This document shows, in pieces, positions 63,611 through 64,000 of a DNA stretch of 64,000 bases. The position numbers were made by a program, and so were the translations under genes. The stretch lies in assembly GCF_014197015.1 (NCBI RefSeq), contig NZ_JACIET010000001.1:2323392-2387391 (forward strand), in the 5' to 3' direction. Position 1 is the stretch's first letter. The number at the start of each line of letters is the position of its first letter. This DNA is from Niveibacterium umoris (GTDB lineage Bacteria > Pseudomonadota > Gammaproteobacteria > Burkholderiales > Rhodocyclaceae). Below the pieces are notes generated by a model. The model searched no databases, had not been told where the DNA came from, and saw only the letters and a program-made list of their open reading frames with translations.

Positions 63611-64000
63611 GGTTTTCTCGCCACGATGAGTTGGCTCTTCGGCAACGCGTTGTCGAGTACAGCCTTGATCTGACCGCCCTGTTCGGTATCCAGCAACAAG
63701 CCCCAGGTGCGCGTCCAGCTTTCAAGCAGCGGATGCCAGGGTGGGGAAAGATCCTGCTTGCAGGTCCAGAAAAAGCACCACCACATCGTCCAGTAGAACC
63801 CGTACAGCTTGCGATGCTCGATGACCAAGCCGGCATCGACCACCAGTCGTTCGAAAGCCTCGCGCGAAAACACGCGGACATGGTTGGGCGGCTCGAAGTA
63901 GCTGGGCGCGGCGATCGTCTGCTGCAGCGCTTCGCTACTGGCATCCGGTACCGACAGCAGATACCGCGCGCCCGGCCGCCCGACCCGAACCAGCTCCGCC
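63607..64000 (-). CDS. Class I SAM-dependent methyltransferase (3' part; gene continues beyond window end)
   Basis: The frame stays open upstream of the track start to nt 64000. C-terminal ...NHVRVFSREAFERLVVDAGLVIEH is typical of the methyltransferase_11/12 tail. ATGA overlap with wzm. Confidence 0.6.
   Translation of the reverse strand, partial: AELVRVGRPGARYLLSVPDASSEALQQTIAAPSYFEPPNHVRVFSREAFERLVVDAGLVIEHRKLYGFYWTMWWCFFWTCKQDLSPPWHPLLESWTRTWGLLLDTEQGGQIKAVLDNALPKSQLIVARKP

Overview
This is a high-GC (about 65-68%) betaproteobacterial-type chromosomal window of densely packed housekeeping operons with a few accessory islands. No rRNA, tRNA, CRISPR array or transposase gene was seen.

Gene content in order:
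- 1-8.4 kb: a 5'-truncated class III adenylate cyclase, a convergent multi-TM histidine kinase, an orphan prepilin-type gene, a KefB/CPA2 antiporter, and kdsD-kdsC-lptC-lptA.
- 8.4-11 kb: an enoyl-CoA hydratase, a phasin gene with a near-consensus sigma70 promoter flanked by twin TTGC-N3-GCAA palindromes, and a CinA-like gene.
- 11-24 kb: a type VI secretion locus organised as two divergent operons. Minus strand: TPR lipoprotein-tssB-tssC-hcp-tssE-tssF-tssG-clpV plus a coupled 180-aa hypothetical. Plus strand: tssJ-tssK-tssL. The locus lacks tssM, tssA and vgrG/PAAR, and tssL is followed by a 620-bp ORF-poor gap where tssM would normally sit.
- 24-29.5 kb: a small coiled-coil protein convergent with a bacterial alternative oxidase, a SPOUT RNA methyltransferase, ahpC-ahpF with an OxyR-like ATAG-N7-CTAT motif upstream, and a secreted hypothetical protein.
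- 29.5-31 kb: a tandemly duplicated about 340-410 bp structured non-coding element, each copy ending in a REP-like palindrome, followed by a roughly 600-bp AT-rich islet carrying an ORF with foreign codon usage.
- 31-41 kb: a minus-strand string of Gfo/Idh/MocA oxidoreductase-GlcG(DUF336)-MipA-flotillin, then leuS-GNAT-lptE-holA.
- 41.4-47.6 kb: the pyruvate dehydrogenase operon aceE-aceF-lpdA, with a lipoyl domain fused to LpdA.
- 47.6-56.1 kb: a divergent PAS sensor kinase/FixJ pair, folD, purE, purK, a dienelactone hydrolase and tsaC/sua5.
- 56.3-64 kb: a polysaccharide locus with tandem-duplicated glycosyltransferase and acyltransferase pairs, convergent on wzt-wzm and a 5'-partial methyltransferase (ABC-transporter-dependent pathway, Wzt with a C-terminal extension).

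Many very long ORFs on the strand opposite to real genes are GC-rich artefacts and were rejected.
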